DNA of 32,000 nt from Geobacter sulfurreducens PCA (GCF_000007985.2 NC_002939.5:2040001-2072000); one strand, 5' to 3'; shown: positions 7,925 through 16,975, counted from the first letter of the stretch. Notes: generated from the sequence alone by a model not told the origin. A program made the numbers and translations.

Positions 7925-10156
7925 ATGGCAGAAACGATGACGAAGGCCACCGATATCCCCGGACTCTCGAAAAATGCAGTGACGGTCCTCGAGAAGCGCT
8001 ACCTCAAGCGCGATACCGGGGGCAACGTGCTTGAAACTCCGGTGGACATGTTTCAACGGGTGGCCCGATCAATCGCCGAAGCCGACAAGAACTTCGACAA
8101 GAAGGCGGATGTCAAGGCTCTGGCCGCACAATTCTACGAGCTGATGACCTCCTTCGAGTTCCTCCCCAACTCGCCGACCCTCATGAATGCCGGCCGCGAG
8201 CTGGGCCAGCTCTCCGCCTGCTTCGTGCTGCCGGTGGGCGATTCCATGGAAGACATCTTCGACGCGGTCAAGTACACGGCCCTGATCCACAAGTCGGGCG
8301 GCGGCACCGGATTTTCCTTTTCCCGCCTCCGTCCCGCCCACGATGTGGTCCGCTCCACGTCGGGAATCTCCAGTGGGCCTATTTCGTTCATGCGGGTCTT
8401 CGATGCCGCCACCGAAACCATCAAGCAAGGAGGAACGAGGCGCGGCGCCAACATGGGAATCCTGCGGGTGGATCACCCGGACATCATGGATTTCATCATG
8501 TGCAAGGACGATCAAAAGCACCTGAACAACTTCAATATCTCCGTGGGGCTCACCGAAGCCTTCATGGAAGCAGTGGAGCGGGATGCCGACTATGACCTCA
8601 TCAACCCCCGGGACGGCAAACCCTGCGGCACCCTGAACGCCCGCAAGGTGTTCAGCCGGATCGTGAAGCAGGCATGGAAGAACGGCGAGCCGGGCATCAT
8701 CTTCCTGGATCGCCTCAACAAGGACAACCCGACCCCCCACGTGGGCGTCATCGAGTCCACCAACCCCTGCGGCGAACAGCCCCTGCTCCCCTATGAATCA
8801 TGCAACCTGGGCTCCATCAACCTGGGCAAGATGGTGAAGAACGGCGACGTTAACTGGGACCGTCTGCGGGACGTGGTGCGGCTGGCGGTACACTTCCTGG
8901 ATAACGTGATCGAGGTGAACAACTACCCTCTCCCACAGATCAGCGAGATGACCCGCGCTAACCGCAAGATAGGCCTCGGCGTCATGGGCTGGGCCGACAT
9001 GCTCATCCTGCTGGGCATTCCCTACAATTCACCGCAGGCCATCAGCCTGGGCGAAAAGGTGATGCGCTTCATCAACGACGAAGGGCATGTCTATTCCCGT
9101 GAACTGGCAGCCGTGCGGGGATCGTTCCCGAACTTCGCCGGCTCCATCTACGACCGGGCCAGCGAAGGCCCTATCCGCAACGCCACTGTGACCACCATTG
9201 CGCCCACGGGCACCATATCCATCATCGCCAATGCCTCCAGCGGCGTGGAACCGCTTTTTGCCGTCTCTTTCATCCGCCAAGTGCTCGACAAGAACATTCT
9301 GGTGGAAGTAAACCCGATTTTCGAGGAAGTTGCCCGCCAGCGGGGGTTTTACTCCGAGGAACTGATGCAGAAGATCGCACGGCACGGCACCATCCACGAT
9401 CTGCCCGAGATCCCGGAGGATATCCGGAAGATATTTGTCACCGCCCACGACATCACACCGGAAGACCACATCGAGATGCAGGCGGCTTTCCAGAAGTACA
9501 CCGACAACGCCGTGTCCAAGACGGTTAACTTCCCCAATAGCGCGGCCATCGAGGATGTGGAGAAAGTCTACCGGCTGGCCTACAAATCGGGCTGCAAGGG
9601 TGTAACCATCTACCGCGACGGCTCCCGCGACGAACAGGTCCTCTCCACCGGTGTCAAAGAGGACAAGGAGAAGGTGGTTCAAACCGAGGAGAAGCGGGCC
9701 GTGAAGCGCGATCGTCCCAAGGCGCTCAAGGGGTGGACCTACCAGATGCAGACGGGGTGCGGCCCCCTGTATGTGACCATCAACGAGGACAAGGCCGGCC
9801 TCTTCGAGTTGTTCACAACCATGGGCAAGGCTGGCGGATGCGCCTCTTCCCAGTGCGAGGCCATCGGCCGGATGGTTTCACTGGCTTGGCGCAGCGGCGT
9901 TCAGGCCCGCCAGGTGATCAAGCAGCTCCTCGGCATCTCCTGCCACCTCCCCGCCGGTTTTGGCGACAACAAGGTGCTGTCCTGCGCCGATGCTGTTGCC
10001 AAGGCGATCCAGGCCCACATGCAGGCAGCCGGTTACGATGTCAGCCTGGAAGCCCAGGCCCCCGAACGCGGCGCCTGCCCCGAGTGCGGCGGCATTGTTG
10101 AGCATGAGGGCGGCTGCGCGGTCTGCCGGGTCTGTGGCTATTCGGAGTGCGCGTAG
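7925..10156 (+). CDS. nrdJ: adenosylcobalamin-dependent (class II) ribonucleoside reductase with C-terminal Cys-rich zinc-ribbon tail
   Basis: LPNSPTLMNAG and TNPCGEQPL active-site motifs, no ATP cone, 743 aa. Start set at MAETMTK (AAGGAGAA 7 nt upstream). Confidence 0.92.
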   Translation: MAETMTKATDIPGLSKNAVTVLEKRYLKRDTGGNVLETPVDMFQRVARSIAEADKNFDKKADVKALAAQFYELMTSFEFLPNSPTLMNAGRELGQLSACFVLPVGDSMEDIFDAVKYTALIHKSGGGTGFSFSRLRPAHDVVRSTSGISSGPISFMRVFDAATETIKQGGTRRGANMGILRVDHPDIMDFIMCKDDQKHLNNFNISVGLTEAFMEAVERDADYDLINPRDGKPCGTLNARKVFSRIVKQAWKNGEPGIIFLDRLNKDNPTPHVGVIESTNPCGEQPLLPYESCNLGSINLGKMVKNGDVNWDRLRDVVRLAVHFLDNVIEVNNYPLPQISEMTRANRKIGLGVMGWADMLILLGIPYNSPQAISLGEKVMRFINDEGHVYSRELAAVRGSFPNFAGSIYDRASEGPIRNATVTTIAPTGTISIIANASSGVEPLFAVSFIRQVLDKNILVEVNPIFEEVARQRGFYSEELMQKIARHGTIHDLPEIPEDIRKIFVTAHDITPEDHIEMQAAFQKYTDNAVSKTVNFPNSAAIEDVEKVYRLAYKSGCKGVTIYRDGSRDEQVLSTGVKEDKEKVVQTEEKRAVKRDRPKALKGWTYQMQTGCGPLYVTINEDKAGLFELFTTMGKAGGCASSQCEAIGRMVSLAWRSGVQARQVIKQLLGISCHLPAGFGDNKVLSCADAVAKAIQAHMQAAGYDVSLEAQAPERGACPECGGIVEHEGGCAVCRVCGYSECA

Positions 10157-10182
10157 CACCACCCATTCCAGAAGGAGGCGTT

Positions 10183-10776
10183 ATGAAAAGAATCCTCGTG
10201 GCTCTCGCCCTGACGTTCGTTGCCGGCTTCGCGTTTGCTGCCGATGAGAATCCGCTCCCCAAGCCCGATGTTCTTACCGAGGAGACGGTGTACACATCGC
10301 AGCGCCTCTCCGCAGTCTATGACACCATCATCATCCGCGACCTCACCACCGAAGGCGCGGAGCTGTCGAACCTGGACAGCGAAGAGATGACAAAGCTTGA
10401 GGCCATGAAACCGTTGCTGGTCCGCACCGTCACCGACAGCATCGAAATGGAGCTCAAGCTGAACAAGCTGTTCAAAACCATTCAAAAGAACACCCAGCCC
10501 AAGGGCAAGGCTGTGATCCTCGAAGGAGCCTTCACCGAGTTCAATGCGGGCAATCGTGCCGTAAGGTTCTGGGTGGGCTTCGGGGCCGGCAAGACCTACC
10601 TGAAGGTGAAGGGACGGCTGATCGATGCCGAGTCGGGCAAGGAACTCGCCACCTTTGAGGACCGCGAGACGGGATACCGCGGCACCATGACCCTGGAAAA
10701 CTTCGCGGACCTTTTCCCTCACCAGGCCAAGAGTCTGGGGGAGAACATCGTCAAGTTCATCCAAAAGCTCTATTGA
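10183..10776 (+). CDS. secreted protein of unknown function (possibly DUF4410-like)
   Basis: GAAGGAGG SD. Signal peptide MKRILVALALTFVAGFAFA/AD. A strong terminator follows. Confidence 0.7.
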   Translation: MKRILVALALTFVAGFAFAADENPLPKPDVLTEETVYTSQRLSAVYDTIIIRDLTTEGAELSNLDSEEMTKLEAMKPLLVRTVTDSIEMELKLNKLFKTIQKNTQPKGKAVILEGAFTEFNAGNRAVRFWVGFGAGKTYLKVKGRLIDAESGKELATFEDRETGYRGTMTLENFADLFPHQAKSLGENIVKFIQKLY

Positions 10777-10800
10777 TTTCTCTTCTCCCTGTGATAACCA

Positions 10801-10834
10801 AAAATGGGAGCGCCTGATGCGCTCCCATTTTTTT
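10801..10834 (+). terminator. strong Rho-independent terminator
   Basis: AAAATGGGAGCGC (10801-10813), loop CTGAT, GCGCTCCCATTTT (10819-10831), and a T-run through 10834. Confidence 0.8.
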
Positions 10835-10848
10835 GCGCGAGGATACCA

Positions 10849-12639
10849 ATGACAACAGATTTGAATTCCCTGCTCTGGGATACGTCGCCCCTCTACGCAT
10901 CCGCAACCTGTGAAGACATAGACCGGGACCTGTCCCGCGGCGCTGCGGAGGCCCAGGCGTTTCGTGAACGCTACGCCGGAAAGGTGGCAACCCTTGATGC
11001 GGCTGAGGTGGCAGATGCGGTGCGTCGCTACGAGGACCTCGGCGAGCTTCTGGCCAAACCCCAGCTGTACGCCCACCTCCTCTTTGCCGCCGACTCGGAG
11101 GCCGACGATCACAAGCGGCTCTCCCAGCGGACTGCCGAGTTCGGCAATCTCATGAGCCGCGAGCTTCTCTTCTTCGACCTGGAGATCATGGAAATAGCCG
11201 ATGATCGCTTCGCCGGGCTGCTGTCCGACGAGCTCCTCGCCCCCTACCGGCACTACCTGGAAAGCGTGCGGCGGTTTCGGCCCTACACCCTCAAGGAACG
11301 GGAGGAACAGCTCCTGAAAATGAAGAGCCTCACGGGTACCGATGCCTTTTCACGGCTCTTCGACGAGTTATCGGCCTCTCTTCGCTATCGGATGGAACTT
11401 GAGGGTGAAGAGCGGGACTTCACCGGCGAGGAACTCCTCGGACTCCTCCACCACCCTGAGGCCGGGGTGCGTGAACGCGCCTTTGCCACGTTCCTCAATC
11501 GCCACGAAGAAAACGGCATCGTTTTTTCGAGCGTGTTCAACAATGTTGCCCTGGATCACTCCCAGGAACTGGAGTTGAGGGGGTACCGCCACCCCATGGA
11601 ACCGACGAACCTGGGCAATGATATCCCCGAAGAGGTGGTCAACCGGCTGATGGACGTGTCCGAGGCCAACTATGGGCTGGCGCGGGACTACTTCCGCCTG
11701 AAGGCCCGGCTCCTGGGACTGCCGAAACTGAAGAACACCGACGTCTATGCCCCCGTTGGGGACAACGACCGGACGTACTCCTTTGACGAGGCAAGGGAAC
11801 TGGTGCTTGAAGCCTACGGCCGCTTTCACCCCCGTTTCGGGGAGATGGCCGCGGCGTTTTTCGACGAGCGGCGCATCGATGTCCTCCCCCGCCCCGGCAA
11901 GAGTGGCGGAGCATTCTGCATGGGGATGACCCCGCACCTCTCCCCCTACCTGCTCCTGAACTACACCGGCAACCTGCGCGACGTGGCCACCCTGGCCCAC
12001 GAGCTGGGGCACGGCCTCCACTTCGAGCTGGCCCGGAAACAGACCATGCTCAACTACCATGCCCCGCTGCCTCTGGCGGAAACGGCGTCGGTCTTCGGCG
12101 AGATGCTCCTGACTCGCTTCCTCCTCCAGCGGGAGAGCGACCCGGCCATGAAAATATCGCTGCTGTGCGCCAAGATCGAGGACATCATCGCCACGACCTT
12201 CCGCCAGAACGTGCTCACCCGCTTCGAGGAGCGGATGCACCGGGAGCGGCAGGAGGGCCTCCTCACCTCATCACGGCTATGCGATCTCTGGTGGGAGGAA
12301 AACGGCAGGCTTTACGGCGATGCCGTGGACATGATCCCCCCCTACCGCTGGGGCTGGAGCTATATTTCTCACTTCATCCACGCGCGCTTCTACTGCTACT
12401 CTTACACCTTTGCGGAGTTGCTGGTTCTTTCCCTCTACCGCAACTACCTGGAACAGGGAGAACGGTTCATCCCGACGTACCTGTCCATCCTGGAAAGCGG
12501 CGGCTCCCTCTCGCCCGCCGATACGGTCAGGCCCGCCGGCATCGACCTGGCTGACCCGCATTTCTGGCAGAAGGGATACGATTTTCTTGCGGAACTGATC
12601 GAAGAACTGAAGGGGCTGCTGGAACAGCGTCAGCATTGA
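10849..12639 (+). CDS. pepF: M3B-family oligoendopeptidase F
   Basis: HELGHGLH zinc motif, about 596 aa, PepF-like throughout. Start at MTTDLNS (GAGGA 5 nt upstream). The ORF-track ATG at 10804 lies inside the terminator stem. Confidence 0.9.
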   Translation: MTTDLNSLLWDTSPLYASATCEDIDRDLSRGAAEAQAFRERYAGKVATLDAAEVADAVRRYEDLGELLAKPQLYAHLLFAADSEADDHKRLSQRTAEFGNLMSRELLFFDLEIMEIADDRFAGLLSDELLAPYRHYLESVRRFRPYTLKEREEQLLKMKSLTGTDAFSRLFDELSASLRYRMELEGEERDFTGEELLGLLHHPEAGVRERAFATFLNRHEENGIVFSSVFNNVALDHSQELELRGYRHPMEPTNLGNDIPEEVVNRLMDVSEANYGLARDYFRLKARLLGLPKLKNTDVYAPVGDNDRTYSFDEARELVLEAYGRFHPRFGEMAAAFFDERRIDVLPRPGKSGGAFCMGMTPHLSPYLLLNYTGNLRDVATLAHELGHGLHFELARKQTMLNYHAPLPLAETASVFGEMLLTRFLLQRESDPAMKISLLCAKIEDIIATTFRQNVLTRFEERMHRERQEGLLTSSRLCDLWWEENGRLYGDAVDMIPPYRWGWSYISHFIHARFYCYSYTFAELLVLSLYRNYLEQGERFIPTYLSILESGGSLSPADTVRPAGIDLADPHFWQKGYDFLAELIEELKGLLEQRQH

Positions 12640-12648
12640 CTAACAACA

Positions 12649-12681
12649 AAGGCCGCCGGGTGATAGCACTCCGGCGGCCTT
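12649..12681. terminator. hairpin terminator between convergent pepF and the OMP gene
   Basis: AAGGCCGCCGG pairs with CCGGCGGCCTT, 11-nt loop. A U-rich tail (TTTGTTGTT) is present only on the minus-strand transcript. Confidence 0.6.
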
Positions 12682-12717
12682 GTCGCGTAACGTTGTGAGA
12701 TCCTGTGTTACCGTATC

Positions 12718-13401
12718 CTAGAACTGAAATCCCACCTCGGCAAAGGGGCCGCCGAAATCGACATCTGCCTTGATGTCGCTTTCATCGATCTCGATCTTCT
12801 CGTAGCGATACCCTGCCGCGGCGAAGAGATGATCGAAGAGGATAAGCTTGCCCCGGGCAATCAGGTCATAGTAACGGTTGTCGCCGTACGCCATGCCGCG
12901 CGCCTCCCCCTCGGCGGCAAACCACGATAGCGGCCTGACCTGGACTCCGGCGTAGATCATGGGGACACCGACTACCAGTGATTTCGACTCGGTGACGCCA
13001 CCTTGGACGACTTCGGCCTTCAGGTCGATCAGCCGGGCGTCGATGCCCAGGTCAACGTTGACGACGCCGGCGGTGGCGGTCTTGAGCAGGGGTATCCCCC
13101 AATAGAGCCCCAGGTCGTAATGATCGAGCTTCAACTCTGAGGTGAAGGGGACGGTGCCGTCGAAGGTCACGTCCCCGAACTGGAACGTGCCGCTCTTGCT
13201 CCCCTGGCCGTCGAACTCCATGGGGGTAGCCATGAGATAGAGGTTGGGGAAGAACAGCGGGGTTTCGATCTTCACCCGCCCCATGAGACGCGTCTCGTCG
13301 TCGTACTTCAGTTCGTCCTTGATATCGAGGTTCGTCCCCTTGTAGGCAAAGTCACCGCGAGGCGTGTTGTTCCAGGCACCTACCGCCGCCTCGATCCCCA
13401 T
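12718..13401 (-). CDS. outer-membrane beta-barrel protein; ORF as called lacks a signal peptide because an in-frame TAG (13456-13458) interrupts the N-terminus (possible pseudogene, see findings)
   Basis: Alternating amphipathic strands and a C-terminal ...EVGFQF aromatic terminus typical of OMP barrels. A signal-peptide-like sequence lies upstream in frame. Confidence 0.7.
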   Translation of the reverse strand: MGIEAAVGAWNNTPRGDFAYKGTNLDIKDELKYDDETRLMGRVKIETPLFFPNLYLMATPMEFDGQGSKSGTFQFGDVTFDGTVPFTSELKLDHYDLGLYWGIPLLKTATAGVVNVDLGIDARLIDLKAEVVQGGVTESKSLVVGVPMIYAGVQVRPLSWFAAEGEARGMAYGDNRYYDLIARGKLILFDHLFAAAGYRYEKIEIDESDIKADVDFGGPFAEVGFQF

Positions 13402-13560
13402 GGCGCCGGCGGATGCGGCGGTCGCCGCGAGCAGCAGTGCCGCCCCGATCAGTTGCTAAATTCCCATGCTGTCCTCCCTGCTGGCGTAATGAACATGAAG
13501 TTCGTATCGTCACCGCTGAACCACTTCTTGAGTAATATATTTAGGGAGAGCGCCGGAATA

Positions 13561-13595
13561 TGACAAAGGCCGCCGGCGTCATCGCGCCGACGGCC
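13561..13595 (-). terminator. Rho-independent terminator of ahcY
   Basis: On the minus strand, GGCCGTCGGCG pairs with CGCCGGCGGCC (one G-U pair), followed by TTTGTCATATT. Confidence 0.6.
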
Positions 13596-13624
13596 TGGCC
13601 GGAAGCTTCACGACCGATGTTAGG

Positions 13625-15052
13625 TTAGTAGCGGTAGTGAGCCGATTTGTAGGGGCCGTTTTTGGGCACCCCGATGTAGGCGGCCTGCTCGTCGGTGAGC
13701 TCGGTCAGCATGGCTCCCAGCGTCTTCAGCTGAAGCCGTGCGACCTTCTCGTCCAGCTCCTTGGGAAGCATGTAGACGCCGACCGGATACTTGCCGGGGT
13801 TACAGAAGAGTTCTATCTGGGCAAGGGTCTGGTTGGCAAAGGAAGAAGACATGACATAGGACGGATGTCCCGTGGCGCAGCCGAGGTTCACAAGGCGACC
13901 CTCGGCTAGCAGAATGATCCGCTTACTGTCGGGAAAGATGATGTGATCCACTTGGGGCTTGATGTTTTCCCACTGGTACTGCTTCAGCGCCGCCACTTCG
14001 ATCTCGTTGTCGAAATGGCCGATGTTGCAGACAATGGCGTTGTGCCGCATGGCCTTCATGTGGTCGTGGGTTATGACGTTGATGTTGCCGGTGGTTGTAA
14101 CGAAGATGTCGGCCTTATCTGCGGCGTATTCCATGGTGACTACCCTGTATCCTTCCATGGCAGCCTGAAGCGCGCAGATGGGGTCGATTTCAGTTACCCA
14201 TACCTGGGCCTGAAGCCCGCGCATGGCCTGGGCGCACCCTTTGCCCACCTCGCCGTAGCCGCAGATCACGGCGACCTTGCCGGCTATCATCACGTCGGTG
14301 GCCCGCTTGATGCCGTCCACGAGCGACTCGCGGCACCCGTAGATATTGTCGAATTTGGACTTGGTAACCGAATCGTTGACGTTGATGGCCGGGAACTTGA
14401 GCTTTCCCTTCTCATGCATCTGGTAGAGGCGGTGCACGCCGGTGGTGGTTTCTTCAGTTACCCCCTTGATTGCGGCGGCGGTTTTCGAGTACCACCCCGG
14501 CTTCTCGGCGAGACGTTTTTTGATGGAGGCGAAGAGGTACTGCTCCTCCTCGCAGGTGGGATTGGCGATAACCGAGGGATCTTTTTCGGCGTCGCTCCCC
14601 AAGTGCAGGAGCAGTGTAGCGTCGCCTCCGTCGTCGAGGATCATGTTGGGAGTGCCGCCGTCGTGCCACTCGAATATCCGGTGGGTGAACTCCCAGTACT
14701 CCTCAAGCGATTCGCCCTTGTAGGCAAAAACGGGGATACCGGCGGCGGCGATGGCTGCGGCCGCGTGGTCCTGGGTGGAGAAGATGTTGCACGAAGCCCA
14801 GCGTACCTCGGCACCGAGGGCCACGAGGGTCTCGATGAGCATGGCGGTCTGGATGGTCATGTGGAGCGAGCCGGCGATGCGGGCACCCTGGAGGGGCCGG
14901 GTGGCGGCGTACTCTTCGCGGATCGCCATGAGACCCGGCATTTCGGTCTCGGCAATGATCATCTCCTTGCGTCCCCAGGCAGCAAGAGAAATATCGCTGA
15001 TGCAATAGTCGCTGAACGTTCCGGCGGTGTCCCGCGCAACGGGTTGGGTCAT
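13625..15052 (-). CDS. ahcY: adenosylhomocysteinase
   Basis: 475 aa [15 protein letters not shown]-terminus, NAD-binding GYGEVGKG, C-terminal KSAHYRY. GGAGG SD 7 nt upstream. Confidence 0.95.
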   Translation of the reverse strand: MTQPVARDTAGTFSDYCISDISLAAWGRKEMIIAETEMPGLMAIREEYAATRPLQGARIAGSLHMTIQTAMLIETLVALGAEVRWASCNIFSTQDHAAAAIAAAGIPVFAYKGESLEEYWEFTHRIFEWHDGGTPNMILDDGGDATLLLHLGSDAEKDPSVIANPTCEEEQYLFASIKKRLAEKPGWYSKTAAAIKGVTEETTTGVHRLYQMHEKGKLKFPAINVNDSVTKSKFDNIYGCRESLVDGIKRATDVMIAGKVAVICGYGEVGKGCAQAMRGLQAQVWVTEIDPICALQAAMEGYRVVTMEYAADKADIFVTTTGNINVITHDHMKAMRHNAIVCNIGHFDNEIEVAALKQYQWENIKPQVDHIIFPDSKRIILLAEGRLVNLGCATGHPSYVMSSSFANQTLAQIELFCNPGKYPVGVYMLPKELDEKVARLQLKTLGAMLTELTDEQAAYIGVPKNGPYKSAHYRY

Positions 15053-15092
15053 TGTAGGCCTCCATCCTGATGAGAGAGTAATTTAAACGAAC

Positions 15093-15122
15093 TATATATC
15101 ACGTCACATCCAATCCGGTCAA
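15093..15122 (-). promoter_or_regulatory. candidate sigma70 promoter of ahcY
   Basis: Minus strand: TTGACC (15117-15122), 17-18 nt spacer, TATATA/ATATAT (15093-15099). Implied leader is about 35 nt. Confidence 0.45.
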
Positions 15123-15143
15123 AAAAGAAACCATCCTGCAACG

Positions 15144-15180
15144 AAAAAGGCCGCCCGCCGGCTGGATGCCGGGGACGGCC
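15144..15180 (-). terminator. Rho-independent terminator of the Cache-domain gene
   Basis: On the minus strand, GGCCGTCCCCGG pairs with CCGGCGGGCGGCC (one bulge), followed by TTTTT. Confidence 0.65.
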
Positions 15181-15210
15181 CCGAGAAGCGAACGTTCGCG
15201 ACGGCGAAGA

Positions 15211-15669
15211 TCAGTGATAGACGCCGCAGCCGATGAAGACCGTGTCATCCACTCTCTTCACGTATGACGATTTTTTCTGCATCACCTTGGTTTTAGGATG
15301 GGGCCATTTGTAGTCATACCACCCTTCCCCCTTGCGGGCAGTGTCGATCAGGCCGATCGTTACGAGACGGACGTTTTCATCCTTGGACTGGAGCTGGTTC
15401 TTGCCGATGAGGGTCGGATCGGAACCGTGTGCGAGAAATACACCGTTAAAGCCGATGGCAAAGATGTACAGATCGTTCTTGACAAATTTGCCCTTGGGAT
15501 TGCTGAACTCCACGAACGCCTTTTCCTTGCCGTGCTCCTTGATGTAGGCGGCCGCCCTCTCCACCAGGGCCTTTGCCTCTTGCCGCGTTCCCTTCCCCCC
15601 CGTGGCCGCCATGCAGATCGACGCAGTCAGACACAGGGTTGCCGCCGCCATTGCCAGGATTGTTCTCAT
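15211..15669 (-). CDS. secreted stand-alone single-Cache (sCache_2-like) domain protein
   Basis: 152 aa. Signal peptide ...SICMA/ATGG. KEKAFVEFSNPKGKFVKNDLYIF...FLAHG...GEGWYDYKWPHP resembles periplasmic Cache sensor modules. AAGGAG SD. Confidence 0.7.
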   Translation of the reverse strand: MRTILAMAAATLCLTASICMAATGGKGTRQEAKALVERAAAYIKEHGKEKAFVEFSNPKGKFVKNDLYIFAIGFNGVFLAHGSDPTLIGKNQLQSKDENVRLVTIGLIDTARKGEGWYDYKWPHPKTKVMQKKSSYVKRVDDTVFIGCGVYH

Positions 15670-15713
15670 GCGTTGGTCTCCTTACGGAATGTCAGTGCTA
15701 AACAATAGAACGT

Positions 15714-15722
15714 AGTATACCA
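15714..15722 (-). promoter_or_regulatory. candidate extended -10 promoter element (TGGTATACT) of the Cache gene
   Basis: Minus strand TGGTATACT about 45 nt upstream of the ATG. The identical 9-mer occurs upstream of lptC (28494-28502). Confidence 0.35.
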
Positions 15723-15755
15723 CACCGAAAGCGGGTCAATAGCGCGGCCATAACG

Positions 15756-15786
15756 AAAAAACCCCGTGACGGCAAGCATCACGGGG
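15756..15786 (-). terminator. Rho-independent terminator of the NMO/FabK-like gene
   Basis: CCCCGTGA pairs with TCACGGGG, 9-nt loop, followed on the minus strand by TTTTTT. Confidence 0.7.
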
Positions 15787-15803
15787 CAAAAAACGCAGCA
15801 CGG

Positions 15804-16886
15804 TCAGGCGGCTTTTTCCGATTCCTCACCCACGGCGAAGAGCTCGTCGAATATCTCCTGAACCGTGGTGATCCGATCTGCTTTCCAGGCGTTGGTTCCG
15901 CAGAAGACCAGCCCTGTTTCCACATCGCCGCGCTGGGCCCGATCAAGGGCATTGACAATGCAGAACCGCTCGCCGGTTTCTTTATAGGAGCACTTCTTGA
16001 GACAGCCATTACCGCAGGCAACCCCCTTGAGCTGGTCATGGAGCACGATCTGGTCCTGGTTGCGGAGAATGGCGCGCCCGGGCAGCCCCGCCGGACTCAT
16101 GATAAGCCCGATGTCTTCCCGGCGGCACTCAAGGTACGCCTGCTTGTAGGCGTCGTCGGCATCGCACTCGACGGTCGGCACGAACCGGCTGGCCATCTGC
16201 ACGGCGTCCGCTCCCTGCTCAAAAGCATGGAGCACGTCGTCGCGATCCCAGATCCCTCCCGCTGCGACAACCGGCACTGAAACCCCATATTCTTCGAGAA
16301 AATAGGCCTTGATCGCCCTGATAGTGCCGTATTGGTCATAGGTGCCGGCACCAATATTTTCGAGCTTTTCACCCAAGTGTCCGCCGGCGGTGTCAGGGTC
16401 CTCCACGACCACCGCATCGGGCAGACGGCCGAAACCTTTTTCCCACTTTTTCGCAATAAGCTGGGCCGCCCGGACCGACGAGACGATTGGGACCAGGGCC
16501 ACTTCGGGGGCGTGGGCGGTCAGTTCAGGCAGGGTCAGGGGAAGACCCGCACCGCAGACGATGACCTTGGCCCCGCCGTCGATGGAGGCGCGGACCAGTT
16601 CCTCGTAATCGGTCAGCGCCACCATGATGTTCACGCCGATGACCCCGTCGGGAGCGATGGCATAGGCCTTGCGCAATTCCTTCCTCATGGCCTCGGGATT
16701 GCTCTGGAGGTAATTCGCGCCAGTGAACAGGCCACTGAGGGATATCCCCGCAGCCGCCACCAGGCCGACTCCGCCACACTTCGCCACATGACCGGCAAGC
16801 CGTCCCCCCGATATCCTTACCCCCATCCCGCCCTGGATGAGGGGATACTTCACTTCATGCCTGCCGATTTTCAGCGGTCCGACCAT
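15804..16886 (-). CDS. nitronate monooxygenase / FabK-like FMN oxidoreductase with C-terminal Cys-rich motif
   Basis: YPLIQGGMG..., TIM-barrel NMO family features. Start set at the ATG 5 nt after GGAGG (the ORF track starts 2 codons earlier at a GTG). Confidence 0.85.
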   Translation of the reverse strand: MVGPLKIGRHEVKYPLIQGGMGVRISGGRLAGHVAKCGGVGLVAAAGISLSGLFTGANYLQSNPEAMRKELRKAYAIAPDGVIGVNIMVALTDYEELVRASIDGGAKVIVCGAGLPLTLPELTAHAPEVALVPIVSSVRAAQLIAKKWEKGFGRLPDAVVVEDPDTAGGHLGEKLENIGAGTYDQYGTIRAIKAYFLEEYGVSVPVVAAGGIWDRDDVLHAFEQGADAVQMASRFVPTVECDADDAYKQAYLECRREDIGLIMSPAGLPGRAILRNQDQIVLHDQLKGVACGNGCLKKCSYKETGERFCIVNALDRAQRGDVETGLVFCGTNAWKADRITTVQEIFDELFAVGEESEKAA

Positions 16887-16975
16887 GTACACCTCCGTGG
16901 TGTCGTTTGTATACGCCCGTTACACCATAGCAGAACCGCCAGGATGCAGGTGTAATAGTTTTGTAAAAGGAAACC

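Noticed and set aside
13943-15070. 375-aa ORF antisense to ahcY. Similar long antisense or out-of-frame ORFs occur at 2453..3553, 4195..5220, 5366..6670, 8069..8740, 9029..9682, 10138..11253, 11368..12240, 16871..17872, 17959..18714, 19159..19968, 20748..21647, 23393..24343, 24574..25173, 25408..26502, 27269..28027, 28982..29704 and 30643..31392.
   Set aside because: Each lies opposite a gene with unmistakable family motifs. Their translations are Arg/Gly/Pro/His-rich low-complexity sequence with no SD, as is typical of stop-codon-poor antisense frames in 60% GC DNA.
15053-15210. Looked for an SAH or SAM riboswitch upstream of ahcY, and likewise upstream of metK at 19945-20048.
   Set aside because: The candidate promoters leave leaders of only about 35 and 50 nt. 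No conserved SAH, SAM-I or SAM-II core sequences or pseudoknot-forming stems were seen.
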